From: an uncultured Roseburia sp.
GTDB lineage: Bacteria; Bacillota; Clostridia; Lachnospirales; Lachnospiraceae
Assembly: GCA_964388945.1 (NCBI GenBank)
Contig: CAYMCM010000001.1
Span: 11,715 to 75,714, forward strand
Length of the DNA stretch: 64,000 nt
Reading direction: 5' to 3'
Part shown: positions 48,486-59,579 of the stretch, piece after piece
Position numbering within the stretch: position 1 is the stretch's first letter
Layout: every line of letters begins with the position of its first letter
The notes under the pieces: model-generated
What the model saw: only the letters and a program-made list of their open reading frames with translations
What the model was told of the DNA's origin: nothing
Database searches by the model: none
Program-made: the position numbers and the translations under genes

Positions 48486-50951
48486 TTAGTAGGTATCCGC
48501 CACGGATCTAAGTACCAGCCGCTCTTTCACATCCTCCGCATCTTTCAGGCTTCCTCGAACAATATCATCTTTCTTTAACGCAACTTCCGTATATGCTTTT
48601 TTTGTCAGCATCAGATAGTTGTCATCAAAGATGGCATCCGCATCCGCAAAATCCAGTTCCAAAAACGGCACGAAGGTATCCGCGGACAGGCGAATACGGT
48701 AGCACCCGCTCTCTTCTATCACCGCAACGTCTATCTGCGGCTTTTTTAAGTCCATATATTTATACGGCGCAAAGATTTCTGTTTCTTTTAATAAGGTTCC
48801 GTCCGAAAGCGTCACCTCCGCTTCCAGAAAGACTTCCTGTTTCCGGTTTTCTTTTAACAATCCGCTATAATCTTTTTCCAAAAGAAGGCTGGATGAAAGT
48901 TCATCCACACTGCCTTTTGTCTCCACGCAGTCGAGCATGGCAAAATCCAGTGTTTTTAAGGTCAGCTTCGCCTGATACTGCTGCCCGCTTCTCGTCTCAT
49001 TTTCCAGATAGAGCCCTGCCGTATCTCCGTCGACGCAGATACTTGCCGCCACCGGTGCATAAAATTTTTTTGCCGCATAATGCAGTGCTTTCCAGCGTCC
49101 GAAATAGTCGATACCAGACCACGAAGCCACCGGCCAGTTATCATTGACCTGCCAATAAAGTGTTCCCATACAGCGTCCGCGGTTCCTGCGCCAGTGCTCC
49201 ACACCGCTTTTGATCGCCATTGCCTGTAAGATCTGCGTCACATAAAGAAGTGATCTAAAATCTTTGGGATATTTAAAATTTTCGGACAGATAGTAGAGCA
49301 TCTTTCCATTTGCCGCATCATTTTTCTGGTGGCTTTCCATCACTTCCGAGAAGATATTGCGATCTCCTTCCTCTGTAAAGCTCTCCACGGTTTTATAGGA
49401 TGGGAAGGACTGGAATCCGAATTCCGAGCAGAACCTGAAAAAGTATTTGCGGTAATCGGAAAACGGCTTCTGTCCATGCCACACATCCCAGTAATGCGTA
49501 TCACCGCGGTTCTCAGAATCCGGCTCATCAAAGCATCCGCCGGAGGACGGGGAGGACGGCCAATAAAACGTGTCCGGATCTGCCTCTTTCACTGCGTGCG
49601 GCAGAATATCCTCAAACTGCTTCACATAATCTGCGCGCAGATACGGCGTCTCCTTCTGAAAATCGCCCCAGTGATCCCACGCTGACTCGATCTCATTATT
49701 TCCGCACCAAAGCCCAAGTGAGGCATGATGACGCAGACGTTTTACATTATCAAGCGTCTCCTGTCTGATGTTTTCCGCAAACGCATCGGTCACATCATAG
49801 ACATTGCAGGCATACATCAGATCCTGCCATACGATCAGACCGTACTCATCGCACATATCATAAAATGCATCGGTCGGATAATAGCCGCCGCCCCAGATGC
49901 GCAGACAGTTAAAGTTCGCGCGCACACAGGAACGGATCAGGTATTCCTGACGCTCTTTCGTGATCCTCGTGTAACAGCAGTCCTCCGGTATATAATTCCC
50001 GCCCTTCGCAAAGATCTTCACGCCGTTTACGATAAATGCAAACTCCTGTCCCCACTCATCTTTTTCCTGACTGATCGTAAGTGTGCGCAGTCCGATCCTC
50101 TTTATGATCTTATCACGCACACTGCCGTCCGCACCAAGCAATTCCACGGTCACAGTATACAGATTCTGCTCCCCATAGCCGTGCGGCCACCATTTTTTCG
50201 GATGCTCCACGATAAGCTCCGCCTTTGTCTCTGCCTCCGCCGGAAGCTCTCTTTGTTCCGCTCCTTCGACTGAAATGCGGATACGTTCTCCTTTAGCGGC
50301 TGTTTCATCCAGCTTTACCTGTACTAAAAGCCGCACCATCTCCGGTTCGTGTTCCTGCCTGATCCACACTTCATCCAGCTTTGCCCCGCTGTATGCTGTA
50401 AGATAAATGTCACGAAAGATTCCCGCATCTATAAGCTGCGGGCCCCAGTCCCATCCGAACATGGAGTGTGCTTTCCGGATAAGCTCATTCCCTTTCATTG
50501 CTCCACACGGAACATATTTAATCTTGCGGTTCTTCCGGTAAGGATAATTTTCAATATACTTTAACACCGACCGAAATTCGATCCGTATCCGGTTTTTCCC
50601 CAGCTCCAGCACAGATTTTACCGGCACCTTAAAGGTACGGTGCATATTCTCCGCTGACAGCACCTTTTTCTCATTGATATAAACATCCGCCAGTGTGTCA
50701 AGTCCCTCGCAGACCAGCTCGATCTTTTCCTGTGCGAGCAGTGTATCATCCACCTCAAATTCCCGCTCAAACTCATAATCTTTCCAGAATAATTCTCTGG
50801 TCTTATACTCATTGTCCCGATAAAACGGATCTTCAATCTCTTCATTTTCTAAAAGTCCCGAAAGCACCGTTCCCGGTACGGTGATGGAATACTTCTGTGC
50901 GCTTTCTTTCTCCCCGAATTTCCATGCCCCATTTAAGGTTACTTTCTTCAT
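48486..50951 (-). CDS. GH2 beta-mannosidase
   Basis: GWDWGP, FAKGGNYIP, RIWGGG, WCGNNE, FCSEFGFQS, YWQVND. Confidence 0.92.
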   Translation of the reverse strand: MKKVTLNGAWKFGEKESAQKYSITVPGTVLSGLLENEEIEDPFYRDNEYKTRELFWKDYEFEREFEVDDTLLAQEKIELVCEGLDTLADVYINEKKVLSAENMHRTFKVPVKSVLELGKNRIRIEFRSVLKYIENYPYRKNRKIKYVPCGAMKGNELIRKAHSMFGWDWGPQLIDAGIFRDIYLTAYSGAKLDEVWIRQEHEPEMVRLLVQVKLDETAAKGERIRISVEGAEQRELPAEAETKAELIVEHPKKWWPHGYGEQNLYTVTVELLGADGSVRDKIIKRIGLRTLTISQEKDEWGQEFAFIVNGVKIFAKGGNYIPEDCCYTRITKERQEYLIRSCVRANFNCLRIWGGGYYPTDAFYDMCDEYGLIVWQDLMYACNVYDVTDAFAENIRQETLDNVKRLRHHASLGLWCGNNEIESAWDHWGDFQKETPYLRADYVKQFEDILPHAVKEADPDTFYWPSSPSSGGCFDEPDSENRGDTHYWDVWHGQKPFSDYRKYFFRFCSEFGFQSFPSYKTVESFTEEGDRNIFSEVMESHQKNDAANGKMLYYLSENFKYPKDFRSLLYVTQILQAMAIKSGVEHWRRNRGRCMGTLYWQVNDNWPVASWSGIDYFGRWKALHYAAKKFYAPVAASICVDGDTAGLYLENETRSGQQYQAKLTLKTLDFAMLDCVETKGSVDELSSSLLLEKDYSGLLKENRKQEVFLEAEVTLSDGTLLKETEIFAPYKYMDLKKPQIDVAVIEESGCYRIRLSADTFVPFLELDFADADAIFDDNYLMLTKKAYTEVALKKDDIVRGSLKDAEDVKERLVLRSVADTY

Positions 50952-51041
50952 CTTCTGCCTTCTCCTTTACTAAAATAAAAAAGTACCTCTCTCCCATTTC
51001 AAAAATCCGAAATAAAATCAAGGTACTTTTTTCAAGCTGCT

Positions 51042-52085
51042 CTACGCATCCGCATTATTCTCGTCTGCAAACGGTCTTACGCTGTCTTTCATGACTGCCT
51101 GGCCCTCTACGATCGAAATTCCCTTCCGGTAATGTTCCCCATTCATCTTCTTCAACAGAATATGTATGGTCTTGCGCGCCATTTCTTTCATATCCACCTC
51201 ATAGGTCGTGATCCCGATGTCGCAAAGTCCCGGATAAAGATAATTGTCAAATCCGACCACCGACACATCTTCCGGTACGGACAGCCCCTGCTCTTTTAAC
51301 TTTTTGATCAGCAGGCTTGCCGTAAGATCACTGTTGCAGACATATGCCGTCGGCGGCTCCTTATAGCCCTCCAGCTTTCCATCGAAATTGATCAGACCGT
51401 ATTTCATATCTCGATCCGGGATAACCCACTCATCCGGAATCTGTATGCCATGTTCCAGCATGGACTTCGCATATCCAAAATAACGATCCGTGATACCGGC
51501 CGTCATCCGAAGCGTTCCCACATAGGCGATCTTCGTATGTCCCTGCTCAAACAGATAATTGGTAAGCAGATAGGAACCGTAATAGCTGTTGGAGATCACC
51601 GAATCCTCTATGATATGTTCATCATAAAAATCCAGATATACCGTCGGAATATTGCATCTTTCTTTTAATTCCCGCAGATATGCCCCCGACACCTTTCCAA
51701 CGATCACGATACCGTCCACCTTGTGCTCGAGTACGATCTTCGGAAGCTGAAGCTCTTCTTCATTATCATAGGTGAGCACTTCAAGCATCGTAAAGCAGTC
51801 CTTCTGCACCGCCTTTGTTGCCACACACTGGTACATCTTCCAGTAAAAAGAATCATATTTATCCAGATACCGATCTGATACCAGCACGCCGATATTGTAA
51901 CTCTTTGCCTGCCGCCCCTGTTTCATTGCCGATGGTGGTTTGTAGCCCATTTCATCCGCAAGCTGTTTTATTTTTTCCCGCATTGCCTCGCTGACGCCCT
52001 TCTGACCGGACAGCGCTTTTGAGACCGTAACGGTGCTGACACCTAATTTTTCCGCTATGTCAGCTAGCTTTACTGCTTTCGCCAT
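51042..52085 (-). CDS. LacI-family transcriptional regulator
   Basis: LADIAEKLGVSTVTVSKAL, MGYKP, VPEDVSVVGFD. Confidence 0.93.
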   Translation of the reverse strand: MAKAVKLADIAEKLGVSTVTVSKALSGQKGVSEAMREKIKQLADEMGYKPPSAMKQGRQAKSYNIGVLVSDRYLDKYDSFYWKMYQCVATKAVQKDCFTMLEVLTYDNEEELQLPKIVLEHKVDGIVIVGKVSGAYLRELKERCNIPTVYLDFYDEHIIEDSVISNSYYGSYLLTNYLFEQGHTKIAYVGTLRMTAGITDRYFGYAKSMLEHGIQIPDEWVIPDRDMKYGLINFDGKLEGYKEPPTAYVCNSDLTASLLIKKLKEQGLSVPEDVSVVGFDNYLYPGLCDIGITTYEVDMKEMARKTIHILLKKMNGEHYRKGISIVEGQAVMKDSVRPFADENNADA

Positions 52086-52130
52086 ATGCACGCCCTCACA
52101 AACTTTTCTGCTTTATTTTAAGCTAATTAA

Positions 52131-52169
52131 ACTTAATTTTATTTTAAAGTCAATTCCCGATTTTGTCAA
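52131..52169 (-). promoter_or_regulatory. SigA promoter of lacI followed by the AAAATTAAGT motif
   Basis: TTGACA(52164-69)-N17-TAAAAT(52141-46)-AAAATTAAGT. Confidence 0.8.
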
Positions 52170-52340
52170 TATTCCAGATTCACATTTGTTTTTCAAGGCT
52201 AATTTCAGCTAATCGCAAAAAGTCCCTCAAGACCGCCAAATTCAAGGCTTGTAGTTTCTTAGAAAAGGCTTATAATGTAAATAGGGTATACTTTTTTGTT
52301 ACAGAAAAAACTATATTATTTTAGAGAGGAATGAATACGA

Positions 52341-54360
52341 ATGAAACCAAAACAGACAAATGAAAAGAATCCCGAAAAGATGCTTTCCATTAAAACCAAA
52401 CTGCTTGGAACGATTCTTCCGCTCACCATCATTATCGTGCTGGTGCTGACCGGAATATCTTATTACATTTCCAAGTCGATCATCTCGTCTTACTCCGAGA
52501 ATCTGCTCAGTTCTTCGATCGAGAATCAGTCGAACGAAATCGAAGCATGGCTGAACGAAAACCTGTCATCTTTTCAGGTAGCGAAAAAAGCAATCGAACA
52601 GACCAAGCCGGACGACGCCGCATTAAAGCAGATGTTAAACGGCTACTGCGGCTTTAATGACAATTATCCGGACGGACTTTATATCGCAGATGAAAACGGC
52701 AATCTTATCACTGCGGATAATTCATCCAAAAAGGACAGTGATCCGACTTCATCGGTATGGTATGAAGACGGTCTGACCCGTGTGAACATGGGATTTACTG
52801 ATGCCTATACAAACAGTGACGGAGAAGCGGTAATCAGCGCTTCCGGTATTTTAAATGACGGTTCCGACACATTAAAGGTGATCTCTGCCGATCTGTCTTT
52901 GGATCGTATCAGTATCATCGTAAACAGTTATATTGAAATGGACGATGCCGAGGCATTTCTCGTCAACCCGAAAGACGGATCCTTCCTCGCACACCGTGAC
53001 AGTTCCATGATCTCCACAAAATTAAGTGACTCCGGTGATTCTTTCTTAAAGAACATCGACACTAAGATCGCTGAGGGAGACTATTCTCTCACAGAAATGG
53101 ACGGCTACATGACTGCCTTTTCGGAAATCGAAGGAACTGACTGGATTCTTGTTTCCTATATTCCGACTTCCATTATTTATAAAGATGTTAAGAGCGTGCG
53201 TACTGACATGATCCTCGCCGGTGTTGTATGTCTGCTGATCCTCGCTGTCTTAATCGAGCGTGTCACCCACATGACCATCCGCCCGGTAAAAGAACTGACC
53301 AACATCATTACTGCTATGACAAACGGTGATTTTACCGTTGAAGTAAAAACCAAGAGCAACGATGAGATCGGACGCATGGGACGCGGCGTAGAAAAATTCG
53401 TTTCTACCATGCAGGGCATGATCGCATCCATCTACAATGTCTCTGACAAGCTGCATTCACAGGCAGACAACAGCAATACCGTTTCTGCTCAGATGTACGA
53501 TGCTTCGACCACACAGAGCCAGTCCATGCAGGAATTGAACAATACCGTAGAACAGCTTTCTCTTTCTGTCAATGATATCGCACAGAACGCAACCACTCTT
53601 GCGATGGTTGTTGCCGATACCAGAAAGAACAGCGAAGAAGTTGACGATAAGATGAAAGAAACTGTCACGATCTCCCGTCAGGGCAAATCCGATATGCAGC
53701 GTGTCGGTGCGGCAATGAACGACATCAACGATTCTGTCCTTCATTTACAACAGGCGATCGACAAAGTCGGAAAAGCATCCAGCGGAGATCACAAATATCA
53801 CCAACGTGATCGCAGGAATTGCAGATCAGACCAACCTGCTCTCCTTAAATGCATCGATCGAAGCTGCAAGAGCTGGAGAAGCCGGCAAGGGATTTGCCGT
53901 TGTTGCAGGAGAGATCGGTCAGCTTGCGCAGACCAGTGCCGATTCGGTACATGACATCGAAAATCTGATCCACGAGATCAATAATCTTGTAAAAGATGCT
54001 GTCACCCAGGCAGACGACAGCGCAGGAAACATCAACGAAAGCAGCCGTCTTGTTGAAGATGCGTTAAAGACCTTTGATGCTATTTTCAGTAACATTGATG
54101 CTGTCAGCGGTCTGGTTTTGCAGGTAATCGAAAAAGTAGAAAAAGTAGACGATGTTGCAAGCAATGTTGCCGCTATTTCCGAAGAACAGGCTGCAAGTTC
54201 CGAAGAAATCCTTGCGACCTCAGATACGATGGTAGAACAGGCCAACCATATCACCGACAACAGCAAGGTTGTTGCAAACGACGCAAAAGAACTGACCGCC
54301 TCTGCAAAAGAATTAGCGGATCAGGTCAGCGCGTTCAAAATTTCGAAGGGAGCGAATTAA
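52341..54360 (+). pseudogene. dCache-type methyl-accepting chemotaxis protein split by a +1 frameshift near 53784 (track ORFs 52341..53954 and 53806..54360)
   Basis: Removing one G from GCATCCAGCGGAGATC restores ...[44 protein letters not shown]. Confidence 0.88.
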
Positions 54361-54362
54361 TT

Positions 54363-55346
54363 ATGAAAAAGAAACTTGCAATCCTGATGGCTGCCGCCGT
54401 TTTTACACTGACAGCCTTTACCGGATGCGGAAGCAGCAATTCCTCCGCTTCTTCCGGAAATGATGGGATCAAAATATTACTTATAATCAATGTTATGGAT
54501 AATTTCCGTCAGACGCTCGTGGACGGAGCTTCGGCTGCCGCTTCCGAGCAGGGTGTTCAGCTTGATGTAAAGGACGCAGAAGAATCGATTGAAAACCAAT
54601 ATGCTTTCATCAAATCTGCCGAAGCAGACGGCTATGATGTTATCATCTGCAGTCCGGTATCCATTGATACCACGGTAGCCTTAAAAGCAAGTGCCGGTGA
54701 TCTGCCGATTGTTTTCATCAATAGCTGTCCGAATGAAAAATATCTCGAAGCCGGACAATACATTTATGTCGGTTCCGACGAAAAAGTTGCCGGTCAGTAT
54801 CAGGCAGAATATGTACTTGACGAACTTGCGGACAAGAGCGAACTTAATGTCGCTATTTTAAAAGGACCAAAAGGTCACTCCGCTACAACCGGACGTACCA
54901 AAGGTGCAAAAGAGACTTTGGAAGCCAGCGGGAAAACGATCAACTATGTATTTGATGATTTCGCCAACTGGAGTCAGGACACTGCCGCAGAACTGTTTTC
55001 TGTCTCTTTGACCACAGGTACCACACCGGACTGCGTCATCTGCAACAATGATGATATGGCACTCGGTATTATCGATGCCTGCAAAGAAGAAAACATTGAC
55101 CTTGACAAGCTCCCGGTTCTCGGCGTAGATGCCACTGCAAACGGCTGTGAAGCAATCGAAGACGGTGACATGGCATTTACTGTTTACCAGTCTGGAAAAG
55201 GACAGGGTACTGCCGCTGTCGAAGCTGCGGCTCATCTCGCCAAAGGAGAATCCATAGCTTCTATGGACGGTGTTACCGATGACGAAAAATATGTCTGGGT
55301 TCCATTTGAAAAAGTAGATGCAAGCAACGTATCCGATTATAAATAA
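54363..55346 (+). CDS. RbsB/MglB-like sugar-binding lipoprotein
   Basis: Lipobox FTGC; YVGSDE, ICNNDDMALG, VLGVDAT, TVYQ; starts 2 bp after the MCP stop. Confidence 0.9.
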   Translation: MKKKLAILMAAAVFTLTAFTGCGSSNSSASSGNDGIKILLIINVMDNFRQTLVDGASAAASEQGVQLDVKDAEESIENQYAFIKSAEADGYDVIICSPVSIDTTVALKASAGDLPIVFINSCPNEKYLEAGQYIYVGSDEKVAGQYQAEYVLDELADKSELNVAILKGPKGHSATTGRTKGAKETLEASGKTINYVFDDFANWSQDTAAELFSVSLTTGTTPDCVICNNDDMALGIIDACKEENIDLDKLPVLGVDATANGCEAIEDGDMAFTVYQSGKGQGTAAVEAAAHLAKGESIASMDGVTDDEKYVWVPFEKVDASNVSDYK

Positions 55347-55353
55347 GCAAAAG

Positions 55354-55403
55354 AAGAAAGGAACCGGGCACAAGCCGATTGGCTTGTGCCCGGTTCCTTT
55401 CTT
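55354..55403. terminator. Bidirectional terminator with a perfect 23-bp stem
   Basis: AAGAAAGGAACCGGGCACAAGCC-GATT-GGCTTGTGCCCGGTTCCTTTCTT between convergent genes. Confidence 0.85.
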
Positions 55404-55426
55404 ATATCATCGTCTGTTGAATCTGT

Positions 55427-57622
55427 CTATGCCTCTACGAAATGAAGCAGTTTTCCTTTGTAGTCTCCCCACAGGTTTTCTACACGGATTCCGGCATTCA
55501 TCAGTGTATCACCGAGATAACTGCGTCCGTCTTTTGCTCCCTTTAATACATAACGCTTATCCGGATCAAGCCCTTTTAAGCAGATCGTCCTGCTGTGATG
55601 GTTCGGACGGTTCAATACCTGAATATAGGTAACAAGCACTTCTGATCTATCCTTTGCTACAACTTCATAGCAGTCAAAATAATGATTTTCACGGTACGAT
55701 GCAATGCGGTAATAATCTCCCTCACGCACCAGATCATTATAGGTATGATACATCTTCACCTGTTCCGGTATCATCTTGCGGTCTTCCTCGGAGATCTTTG
55801 TAATATCAAGCTCATAACCAAAGGTTCCTGCCAGTGCCACATAGCCTCTGGTCTCAAACGGTGTCGTTCTGCCAACGGTATGATTCGGACAGTCAGACAC
55901 GTGTGCCCCCATTGTAGAAAGCGGATATACCAGCGCAGTACCTTCCTGTATCTTCAAACGCTCTACGGCATCCGTATCATCCGAGCACCAAATCTGCGGG
56001 CTGTAATAAAGCATCCCCGGATCAAAACGCGCACCGCCGCCGGAGCAGTTCTCCAAAAGCAGATGCGGAAATTCCTGCATCAGGCGTTCCTGCAGTTCAT
56101 AAACCGCAAGCACATAGCGGTGATAGATCTCACCCTGACGATCCGCCGGAAGTTCAAAACTTCCGATATCGGTAAGCTGACGGTTCATATCCCATTTTAC
56201 ATACTCGATATTGGCACTGCGCAGAATCTTTGCGATACTTTCATAGGTATGCTCTCTGACATCCTCTCTGGTCAGATCAAGTACATACTGATTACGGCAG
56301 AGCGAACCCACACGTCCCGGAATCTGAATTGCCCAGTCCGGGTGTTCCTTATAAAGATTGGAATCCGGTGAGATCATCTCCGGTTCAAACCAGATACCAA
56401 ATTTCAGTCCGAGCTTGTTTACTTCATCTACCAGTGCTTTTAGTCCTCCGGTGATCTTGCTCTCATTGACTTCCCAGTCACCCAGACTCGTATTGTCGTC
56501 ATTGCGGTGGCCAAACCAGCCATCATCCATGACTAACATCTCGATCCCGTGTTCTGCCGCTGTCTTTGCGATCGCAAGCAGTTTCTCTGTATTGAAATCA
56601 AAATAGGTTGCTTCCCAGTTGTTGATCAGGATCGGACGCTTTTTATTCTTGTACTCGCTGCGGATCAGATGATTCCGATACACTTCATGGTAATTGTGTG
56701 TCATGCCGTCCAGTCCGTCCTCGGTGTACACCATGACAACTTCCGGTGTCTGGAACTCTCCATTCTGTTCAAGTTTCCAGCAGAAGTTCTCCGGATGAAT
56801 TCCCATGACCGCACGCACCATGTCAAACTGATTGAGTTCCACCTGGCCTATAAAGTTTCCGGAATATACGAAGTGGAATCCGTACACACTGCCGCTCTCC
56901 TGTGTCGCGTTTTTCTGCTTCAACGCCATAAACGGATGATCCTGATGACTGGATTCGCCGCGGAAAGATTCTACGCCCTGATAACCATGTCCTACCTTAC
57001 GGTATTCGATCATACGCTCTCTCGCCCAGGAACCATGCATTGTGAGCAGTTCAAAATCCTGATTATTCATATCCACACAGCAGGAAAGTGCTTTGGTCAG
57101 ATAGACTGCCTCACTGCCTTTGTTGATGATCTTTACGCTCCGCGCGATCACATCCACATCCTCGAACGCAGAGTAGATCAAAACAACCTGAAGTCCAAGC
57201 ACCTTATCTTCACAGACAAGCTCTAAGGTATCACATGCGCCTTCCTCTGCGAAGGTTGCCGGAAGTCCTTGAAGCTTCGGCTTTCCCGCATAGATCTTAT
57301 GAGATACATAAGACAAAGAAACCGCCGTATGCCCGCCCTGTGTACGTACTTCCAGACAGCTTCCGCGATAATCCCCTAATCCGCTGCACGGATATTCCAT
57401 CGGAAAACTGTCCAGAAATGATACACGATCTCTGTTGTTCTTTGATGGAACATATGGTGCTTCCGCTGTCCCCATCAGATAACCGACATTGTGATCCTTT
57501 AATTTCTTTCCATAATAAACGTGTCCGACAAAATTTTCTTCGTCTACGATACCGATGATGTAACTCGTATTCGGTGTGTCCAGTTTGAAAATGCGCTCTT
57601 TCTCATGATATACAACTGCCAT
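55427..57622 (-). CDS. GH36 alpha-galactosidase (classical subgroup)
   Basis: INNWEATYF, VMDDGWFG, WFEPEM, VKWDMN, CSGGGARFD, WCSDDTD; RBS-supported ATG 57622. Confidence 0.95.
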   Translation of the reverse strand: MAVVYHEKERIFKLDTPNTSYIIGIVDEENFVGHVYYGKKLKDHNVGYLMGTAEAPYVPSKNNRDRVSFLDSFPMEYPCSGLGDYRGSCLEVRTQGGHTAVSLSYVSHKIYAGKPKLQGLPATFAEEGACDTLELVCEDKVLGLQVVLIYSAFEDVDVIARSVKIINKGSEAVYLTKALSCCVDMNNQDFELLTMHGSWARERMIEYRKVGHGYQGVESFRGESSHQDHPFMALKQKNATQESGSVYGFHFVYSGNFIGQVELNQFDMVRAVMGIHPENFCWKLEQNGEFQTPEVVMVYTEDGLDGMTHNYHEVYRNHLIRSEYKNKKRPILINNWEATYFDFNTEKLLAIAKTAAEHGIEMLVMDDGWFGHRNDDNTSLGDWEVNESKITGGLKALVDEVNKLGLKFGIWFEPEMISPDSNLYKEHPDWAIQIPGRVGSLCRNQYVLDLTREDVREHTYESIAKILRSANIEYVKWDMNRQLTDIGSFELPADRQGEIYHRYVLAVYELQERLMQEFPHLLLENCSGGGARFDPGMLYYSPQIWCSDDTDAVERLKIQEGTALVYPLSTMGAHVSDCPNHTVGRTTPFETRGYVALAGTFGYELDITKISEEDRKMIPEQVKMYHTYNDLVREGDYYRIASYRENHYFDCYEVVAKDRSEVLVTYIQVLNRPNHHSRTICLKGLDPDKRYVLKGAKDGRSYLGDTLMNAGIRVENLWGDYKGKLLHFVEA

Positions 57623-57664
57623 TTTCCTTCTCCTCCTTATTTCCGCTTTTTCACTGTTACTAAC

Positions 57665-57726
57665 ATAACACAAGCATTGGCTTTCGTATACTTAATTTTT
57701 GCTTATATTTCCCCCATTTTTTGCGA
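57665..57726 (-). promoter_or_regulatory. GH36 promoter with 22-bp-period direct repeats, paralogous to the GH113 promoter
   Basis: TCGCAAAAAAT-N11-AAGCAAAAATTAAGTATACGAA-N10-TGTGTTAT. Confidence 0.7.
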
Positions 57727-57746
57727 TAAATCTACTTAAATTAACC

Positions 57747-58334
57747 TCAAATATCCAGAAACGCAAACGGTGCTGACGCATCCATCTGCAAAAACTGCAT
57801 CAGCAGATATGCCGCCCGCAGACACAGGCGTTCCTCGCGCAGTATCCGCCTTGCTTCTTCCTTATCCACAAACACGACCTCTAACGTCTCCGTATCCTCT
57901 CTTGCATCACTCTCCACCGTTCCGGAGGCATAGCCGAAAACCGCTGCATCCGTTTCATCCGTAAACCCAGGCCCGATAAAAAACGGATTACGCAGGCTTT
58001 CATTTCCTCCCTCATACACCGTAAAATCAAGCCCTGTTTCCTCTTTCATCTCGCGAACTGCCGTCATCTCCTTCGTCTCACCCGGATCAATGCACCCCGC
58101 CGGAAATTCATAAATATACGCATCCAGCGGATAGCGGTACTGCCGTATCATCACAACCTTATCCGGCTCATCCTTTAAGACCGGATATATCACGATTCCC
58201 TCCGGTCTTACTTCCTTCGTTTTGATCTTAATGTCCTTTTCACCATTGCGTGACACAAAATAGTAGTCAAACGGCTGACCGCTCGCGGAACGCGCATCAA
58301 TGTGATAAAGATTGAGAAAACGGTTGTCCGTCAT
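57747..58334 (-). CDS. Nudix hydrolase (ADP-sugar pyrophosphatase-like)
   Basis: IRQYRYP, EFPAGCIDPGETKEMTAVREMKEETG Nudix box. Confidence 0.9.
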   Translation of the reverse strand: MTDNRFLNLYHIDARSASGQPFDYYFVSRNGEKDIKIKTKEVRPEGIVIYPVLKDEPDKVVMIRQYRYPLDAYIYEFPAGCIDPGETKEMTAVREMKEETGLDFTVYEGGNESLRNPFFIGPGFTDETDAAVFGYASGTVESDAREDTETLEVVFVDKEEARRILREERLCLRAAYLLMQFLQMDASAPFAFLDI

Positions 58335-58438
58335 TTTCTCCACACCCATGCATTTTTTTGCTCCCATATACTGTACCTCTTCTCTCCCGGCTTCTCCTTC
58401 ATTTCTGCCGTACTCTTTTTCTAAACTCTTTTGTCTGT

Positions 58439-59548
58439 TTACTGGAATCCACGCATCACATCACTCAAATCCGCCATCTGCGGCACCACACCGAGCATGA
58501 ATACGCATGCAATCAGTGAGATCACCATCCCTGCCACCGCCACACAAAAAGCGGCGGTCAAAAGCCCGCTCTTTTTCCTGCTCTCTTTCCATGCAGTGTA
58601 TGCTCCTAGCAGACCGACCATGCTAAAGGCAATCCCATATCCTGCACAGCTCATGAAAATACCAATGAGTCCGAGGATCAAAGACACGGTCACTGTGTGT
58701 TCACATTCTTTTTCTGATGGAATGACGACAATTCCGTTTCTTTTATGCTCTAATGCTTTCAGCTTATCTTTCCGGAACAGCACGAGCGTCGGGATCAAAA
58801 AGATCGGAACTGTGACAAAGTTAAGCCAGGACAACTGGTTTATGCTGTCAACCGCATTTCCCATTCCATAGATACCGCTCGAAAGCATGGACGCAAAATC
58901 CGTCAGCGCATGCACAATAATGACGATCCAGATATTGCCGCTCCGCAGATAGATTGCCGCAAGCAGTCCTCCAAGGATTGCCGCCTGGATTGCCTGTACT
59001 ACGGCACTTCCCACTGACACTCCTGAAAAAATATTGGTCAGATGCACCGCCCCAAAGATCACACTGCTTAATACTGTCGCTGTAACGATTCCTTTTTTAC
59101 TATTCCCAAATTTATCCAGAAACAGGTTTAAGATGATCCCACGGAACACCAGCTCTTCATTAAATCCGATCAAAAACATCGCAAGCACAAACAAAAAAAT
59201 AAAGCCAAAAGACTGTACCCATCCTTCCTGTGACATCCGCTGAATGTAAAACTGAGCGATGATCTCATAAATACAGTAAGCCGTCATAAAACCACCGATA
59301 TAGAATCCTGTAAGAAATCCTTCGCCTGTTTTTCCGAGTATTCCGATGTAGCCAAAAATCAGCAGCAGGATCAGAATATACACGCTCGCCGTAAGCTCCG
59401 ATACCACCGTCATTCCATAGCCGGGCAGTACCACAAAACAGCTTGAAAAAAATGCCGCCACATCCATGACGATCAGAAATCCTGCCGCGATCACTGCCGC
59501 CAGTATGATCACAACTGCAGTATTCCAGTTTTTTATTTTATCCCGCAT
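58439..59548 (-). CDS. CPBP/Abi (CAAX-type II) intramembrane metalloprotease
   Basis: IGFNEELVFRG, FGAVH, IVHALTD; multiple TMs. Confidence 0.88.
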   Translation of the reverse strand: MRDKIKNWNTAVVIILAAVIAAGFLIVMDVAAFFSSCFVVLPGYGMTVVSELTASVYILILLLIFGYIGILGKTGEGFLTGFYIGGFMTAYCIYEIIAQFYIQRMSQEGWVQSFGFIFLFVLAMFLIGFNEELVFRGIILNLFLDKFGNSKKGIVTATVLSSVIFGAVHLTNIFSGVSVGSAVVQAIQAAILGGLLAAIYLRSGNIWIVIIVHALTDFASMLSSGIYGMGNAVDSINQLSWLNFVTVPIFLIPTLVLFRKDKLKALEHKRNGIVVIPSEKECEHTVTVSLILGLIGIFMSCAGYGIAFSMVGLLGAYTAWKESRKKSGLLTAAFCVAVAGMVISLIACVFMLGVVPQMADLSDVMRGFQ

Positions 59549-59579
59549 AGTTTCTCCTTTTCTTATCAGAAAAAACATT

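Noticed and set aside
53775-53810. Programmed ribosomal frameshift or phase-variable tract
   Set aside because: No slippery heptamer, homopolymer or stimulatory structure seen.
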